A stretch of DNA of 64,000 bases from the NCBI GenBank assembly GCA_964016885.1, contig OZ024740.1, positions 213,528,001 through 213,592,000 on the forward strand, given 5' to 3'. Source of the stretch: Eledone cirrhosa. Lineage: Eukaryota. Each line of letters opens with the position of its first letter. Position 1 is the first letter of the stretch. A program made the position numbers and the translations under genes. Of the stretch, positions 58,173-64,000 are shown one piece after another. The notes below the pieces were generated by a model. That model was not told where the DNA came from. It saw only the letters and a program-made list of their open reading frames with translations, and did not search any database.

Positions 58173-58500
58173 TGGAGGCACATGGCTTAGTGGTTAGAGC
58201 ATTGGCCTTGCAATCGAAAGGTTGTGAGTTCAATTCTCAGACCAGGTGGTGTTGTTTCCTTGAGCAAGACACTTTATTTCACATTGCTCCAGTTTACTCA
58301 GCTGTAGAAATGAGATAAGGACTGGGGTCTATATCATTCCATTGTAAAGTGGACATGTAGCCGCCACGGAAAAAAAAAGCACCCAGCACTCGCTGTAAAT
58401 GAGGTTGGTGTTAGGAAGGGCATCCAGCTGTAGAAATCGAGTCAGAATCAGTTCCCGTCCCACCCTTGCAAGCAGGGAAAAGCAGACGTAAAATGATGAT
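58173..58500 (+). mobile_element. tRNA-headed SINE joined to an RTE-type 3' tail
   Basis: A-box tggcttagtgg, B-box gagttcaattc, ccttgagcaagacact core, then ggttggtgttaggaagggcatccagc...atgatgat. Confidence 0.75.
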
Positions 58501-58509
58501 ATATAATCA

Positions 58510-59442
58510 TAATTGTTTCTACTTTTGGCACAAGGCCAGCAATTACCCAGTACATTACTGGTACTTTATTTTATCGACCCTATAAGGATGAAAGGTAAAG
58601 TCAACCTCGACAGGATTTGAACTCAGACCGTAAAGGGACGTAACTATGCTAAAAAGCATGGCGTCCAACCCTCTACCGATACTGCCAATTCACCGCCCTG
58701 TATATATTCATAATAATGAGAGAAAGACAAATTATGTCAGATTAATTTGTATATACCACTCCATCTGTAGTTTTTATGTTCTTTACCAGGGTGGTATTTT
58801 ATCTCCTATTAACTGACATATTTTGTCTTTCATTACTATGATTTATAAAGATTTCGGTCTCTCTTCCTTGAGCTCCCTGGACCATAGGGGATTTTTGTAA
58901 GTTTTTAACTCTATCTTTTGATTTGATATTCCGTATGAGCCAGACATGGTCACCCGACCTCACATTGCCCACAACAGGACAACCCGTCTAACCCATGCTA
59001 GCGTGGAAGAACAGACGTAAAACTGACGATGTGGATATTTATATTTACATCACCGTTTAACGTCTATCTTGCTACGCTTACATGGGTTTGACTAGTCATG
59101 TTGAGGCAATTAAGGTCACGTGACTGTCTAGCTCATGTATGTATGAATATATATCATTGTTTCTATTTTTGGCACAAGGCCAGCAATCACCCTAGTGCAT
59201 TACTGGTACTTTATTTTATCGACCTCGTAAGGATGAAAGGCAAAGTTAACCTCGGCGGGATTTGAACTCAGACCGTGAAGTGTATATATAATAATTATTT
59301 CTACTATAGGCACAAGGCCAGCAATTTTAGGGGAGGGGAAAGTCGATTAAATCGACCCAGTACGTTACTGGTACTTTATTTTATCGACCCCATAAGGATG
59401 AAAGACAAAGCTAACCTCGGCGGGATTTGATTTCAGACTGTG
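58510..59442 (-). mobile_element. Cluster of three copies of the 13402-type SINE (58510-58697, 59155-59280, 59292-59442)
   Basis: Each contains ttttatcgacc....aaggatgaaag and ggatttgaactcag or a close variant. Confidence 0.8.
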
Positions 59443-59479
59443 AAGAGGTGTATATATACTAATGCTAATAATAATGAAA

Positions 59480-59970
59480 ATAGAGTACAGTGTTCAGGTG
59501 CACTACAACTCATCAAAGGTGCATGTATAGTACATAAAGTAATGTATAAATGTCAGGAAAGTGAACAGTGTATGAGTCGTGATATACACAGACAGACACA
59601 CATGCGTGTGTATGCATGTATAGGGAATATCTGGTGTAGTGGTTAATTTTGGGACGCATGGAAGTTTTGCAGGATGCAGTGTCTCGACAGCTAACTGAAA
59701 CAGGTAGTTTGAAGGATGCAGTGTCCAGACAGATAACTGATACAGGTTTGAAGGATGCAGTGTCCCGATAGGTAACTGATGTAGGTAACCTCTGGGTTAA
59801 ATCAAGGTGATGTCAGTCGATTGCCTGAAATATATGTGAGGAAGGATGGGACAGAGTTTCTGGTGCTTGTTTGAAACTGAGTTCACGATGCAGTCGGTTT
59901 GCAGACGTATTATGTCTGAGACCGCTGGAAGTAGTAGTCTAATATCTGCGGATAAAAGTTTCTTTTATTA
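59480..59970 (-). mobile_element. Possible CR1/L2-like LINE 3' remnant
   Basis: - strand gives LPVSVSCRDTASCKTSM-like repeats resembling the CR1 terminal LP.SVV...SFK motif. Confidence 0.4.
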
Positions 59971-60210
59971 ATGGTAGGCGTGAGAGATGAGGTTGTATAC
60001 ATGGCGCTACATAGTTTAGGAAGTTAGTGGAGGGGATGGAAGGTTAGACATACTGCAGTGGAAGAAAGCACGTAGTCAGTCCTTTTATAGCTAAAACTAC
60101 TCTCTGGCCTTCAATAATCATACCCCACCCCGCATATTAATTTTTCAAATTTTTTCCACCCACTGCTTCTCAAATTTTGCTAATCTGTCTCCGGCGAAAT
60201 TTTATTTTAT

Positions 60211-61020
60211 GTTGTAACATTACAGCACCAACTTTTGCAATTCTTGCACTTAATTCAGCCTCCTGCCTTCCACCACTCGCGAACACGGCCCCGAGATACT
60301 TGAACTTCTCTACCAGCTTCAGTGGAACCTCATTCACATGTAGTGTGCACTGCGCAGGCTTCCTTGAGAGGACGAGTGTGTCAGTTTTCGCAGCACTGAT
60401 TTTCATTCTAGCCATGCAGCATTCGGCATCAAACCTATCAAGTGCAAGTAGAAGATCAACTTCTGTCGACTTGAGAAACACCATGTCGTCTGCAAATTCC
60501 AGCTGACTGATACCACTTCAGTATTCAGTAATCAGAAGAAGGGAAGTAGGCGGAAAAGCCAAACTCGTTATCTTCGATTCGGTTTTCGTGCCAACCCTTA
60601 CTTATGGTCATGAATCTTGGGTAATGACCGAAAGAATACGATCGCGAATACAAGCGGCCGAGATGGGATTCTCCCGAAGGGTCTTTGAAGTAATGTTACT
60701 TGATAAAGTGCGTAGCTCGGAGATCAGAGAATCACTCCAGGTAGATCCGCTACTTCTCCTAATTGAGAGATCACAGCTCCAATACTATGAGCATGTGGTT
60801 AGAATGTCTCAAGAAAGAATCACTGGACAGATTTTACGGGCGAAACCAACTGGTAGGAGACCCAGAGGTATACCTTGAGAAATATGGTTGGATAACATCC
60901 ATGAACTTGGCTGGTCACGCTTGGGGATCCAGTTGGAGACGGTTGCTTCTGACAGGACTCGCTGGAGGGAGTGTTTGAGGGCTCTTCCCCCACGACCCTC
61001 TCAGTAATAAGTGTGCGAAG
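60211..61020. mobile_element. RTE-like LINE with a 5' inversion
   Basis: - strand 60211-60520 gives FADDMV...FKYLG...GAVMLQ; + strand from 60516 continues LQYSVIRRRE...PTLTYGHESW. Confidence 0.85.
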
Positions 61021-61846
61021 AACATTCCTGCGACAATTAATTTTCTTTAGACATTAAAAAACATTATACATGACAAAAAAAAAGAACATTACAAGAAATC
61101 TCATACGTTATAAAATAAATAGGATTGGGGGGGGGGGGGGTCTCAATATGTAAACTAAACGACTAATTCTGGTTTCTAAAAAAATCAAGGGAGACAACCT
61201 AGAAAAATTAGCTATCCCCCATTATTTAGTACACGAGAGTACATTAAAGGCACACGTATCTGGAACGCTCAGCTACGTTAATTTCACGACCAGGCAGTTC
61301 TGAAATTGGAAGGCATAATGAAAAGATTTCCGAGTTTACTAATAGGAATGGTATGGGCCCGTATTGGCATACAGCGTTTCTTGGTTATTTAAAACCTGGT
61401 GGAGCCCAAGCCTCTTAAGGTTAGTTTACTAATAGCTTAATACAAACGCAAATGCAAAGTATTCAGAAAAACAAAAACATTAACGAACAGATCTATCCAA
61501 TAATGAAAGTATTTAAAAAATAATTCATTGCGTTAACATAACCGCAATCTACATCATGGAAACGTATCTCTGTAAAATGTCATCAAAAATATACGTTAAG
61601 AAAGATACGGGCAAACGAAGTTGTTGGTGAGTGGAACTAAACTGTAGTTAAGCCTCGTTATTTTTTCTTAAGTATTTCTTTCGTTACTTTTGTATGGAAA
61701 TCGTTTGTTGACATGATTTTATTCAGCATTTGTTACCAATATATGTAATATACCAATATATAATATATATAACTTCAGTCTAGTGTTAACCCAGTCTGCT
61801 TTAACATTGTTTTAAAATAGTTTTGTTATTTATTATCTGTAAAAAG

Positions 61847-62068
61847 GACGGTGGATTGGCAGAATCGGTAGAGCGCCGGACAAGCTTCGCAGCATAGAGT
61901 TACGACCCTTTACGTTCTGAGTTCAAATTCCGCCGAGGTTAGCTTTGCCTTTCATCCTTACGGGGTCGATAAAATAAAGCACAAGTAATGCACTGGGGTC
62001 AATTTAATCGACTTTCCTCTCCCCCTAAAAATTGCAGGTCTTGTGCCTAAAATAGAAACAGTTATTTA
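61847..62068 (+). mobile_element. tRNA-derived SINE (13402 type), close to full length
   Basis: tggcagaatcgg A-box, gagttcaaattcc B-box; flanked by duplicated gttatttattatctgtaaaa. Confidence 0.85.
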
Positions 62069-62282
62069 TTATCTGTAAAAGAAACAGGGAGGGGAAGAAA
62101 CCGATCGAACTATGTTTCCATTGATCCATTATTTGAATTGAACTGAGTGCACACAGAACCGGATTAGATACGACAAAGCATCCTCTTCTGATTTTTAATA
62201 AATTCGGCCACTCCACCGCCCACCCTTGGATTTGACTTTTATACTTTCGGGATCGTTTAGTAAAATACTAAGTTGACTTCAG

Positions 62283-62615
62283 TGCGGAGATTGGAGATCA
62301 GAGAGTCACTCCAAGTAGAGTCACTACATCTCAGAGTTGAGAGATCACAGATCTGATATTAAGGGCATGTGGTTAGAATGTCTCAGGAATGAATCGCTGG
62401 ACAGAGTTTAAGGGCGAAACCAACCGACAGGAGACTCAGAGGTAGACCCTGAGCAAGATGGTTGAATAACATCTATGAGCTTGGTTGGCCTCGCTTGGGG
62501 ATGCAACCGGATCAGTTGGAGATGGTTGCTTCTGACAGGATCCGCTGGAAGGAGTGTTTCAAGACTCCCCCCACCCCCACACCTACCCTCAGGAATAAAT
62601 GGGCGAAGAAGAAGC
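62283..62615 (+). mobile_element. 3' end of the third RTE-like family
   Basis: Homologous to 60715-61020. Confidence 0.8.
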
Positions 62616-62640
62616 AGAAGACTTCAGTAAAATATGAGTG

Positions 62641-64000
62641 CAGACAATCCGAACTTATACGGAAGGGAGCACAGACAGTCGGAACATATACGGAAGGGAG
62701 CACAGACAGTCGGAACTTATACGGAAGGGAGCACAGACAGTCGGAACATATAGGGAAGGGAGCACAGTCAGTCGGAACATATACGGAAGGGAGCACAGAC
62801 AGTCGGAACTTATACGGAAGGGAGCACAGACAGTCGGAACATATAGGGAAGGGAGCACAGACAGTCGGAACTTATACGGAAGGGAGCACAGACAGTCGGA
62901 ACTTATACGGAAGGGAGCACAGACAGTCGGAACTTATACGGAAGGGAGCACAGACAGTCGGAACATATACGGAAGGGAGCACAGACAGTCGGAACATATA
63001 GGGAAGGGAGCACAGACAGTCGGAACATATAGGGAAGGGAGCACAGTCAGTCGGAACATATAGGGAAGGGAGCACAGACAGTCGGAACTTATACGGAAGG
63101 GAGCACAGACAGTCGGAACTTATACGGAAGGGAGCACAGACAGTCGGAACATATACGGAAGGGAGCACACACAGTCGGAACTTATACGGAAGGGAGCACA
63201 GACAGTCGGAACATATACGGAAGGGAGCACAGACAGTCGGAACTTATAGGGAAGGGAGCACAGACAGTCGGAACTTATACGGAAGGGAGCACAGACAGTC
63301 GGAACATATAGGGAAGGGAGCACAGACAGTCGGAACTTATACGGAAGGGAGCACAGACAGTCGGAACATATACGGAAGGGAGCACAGACAGTCGGAACTT
63401 ATACGGAAGGGAGCACAGACAGTCGGAACTTATACGGAAGGGAGCACAGACAGTCGGAACATATAGGGAAGGGAGCACAGACAGTCGGAACATATACGGA
63501 AGGGAGCACAGACAGTCGGAACTTATACGGAAGGGAGCACAGACAGTCGGAACATATACGGAAGGGAGCACACACAGTCGGAACTTATACGGAAGGGAGC
63601 ACAGACAGTCGGAACTTATACGGAAGGGAGCACACACAGTCGGAACATATAGGGAAGGGAGCACAGACAGTCGGAACTTATACGGAAGGGAGCACACACA
63701 GTCGGAACATATACGGAAGGGAGCACAGACAGTCGGAACTTATACGGAAGGGAGCACAGACAGTCGGAACATATACGGAAGGGAGCACAGACAGTCGGAA
63801 CATATACGGAAGGGAGCACAGACAGTCGGAACTTATACGGAAGGGAGCACACACAGTCGGAACATATACGGAAGGGAGCACAGACAGTCGGAACTTATAC
63901 GGAAGGGAGCACAGACAGTCGGAACATATACGGAAGGGAGCACAGACAGTCGGAACTTATACGGAAGGGAGCACAGACAGTCGGAACATATACGGAAGGG
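62641..64000. repeat. 31-bp minisatellite running off the window end
   Basis: Unit cacagacagtcggaac(t/a)tata(c/g)ggaagggag, about 44 copies. Confidence 0.96.

Noticed and set aside
58173-58250. tRNA gene
   Set aside because: A and B boxes are present but there is no full cloverleaf; it continues into a SINE body

Overview
This is AT-rich eukaryotic genomic DNA saturated with (TA)n microsatellites. The repeat landscape resembles a coleoid cephalopod such as octopus, but that assignment is inference. One host gene is supported: a complete SPOP (MATH-BTB-BACK Cullin-3 adaptor) on the + strand, with 9 coding exons over 28910-54965 (1125 nt, 374 aa) and a candidate promoter and non-coding first exon at about 21431-21511. 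The rest is mobile or repetitive DNA: truncated RTE-clade LINEs (one family with a PHD-type finger inside the RT region), tRNA-derived SINEs, a Tc1/mariner relic, a Helitron-like element, a solo LTR, MITEs and several minisatellites. Most listed ORFs (YIYI..., satellite ORFs) are artefacts. Two things stand out. (1) There are more than a dozen type-I hammerhead-ribozyme motifs from several families, some structurally intact, one attached to a Penelope GIY-YIG remnant and two arranged convergently around a perfect hairpin. (2) An 82-bp inverted repeat (2286-2951) has arms that differ only by 15 A-to-G substitutions, which may be a genomic fossil of ADAR hyper-edited RNA.
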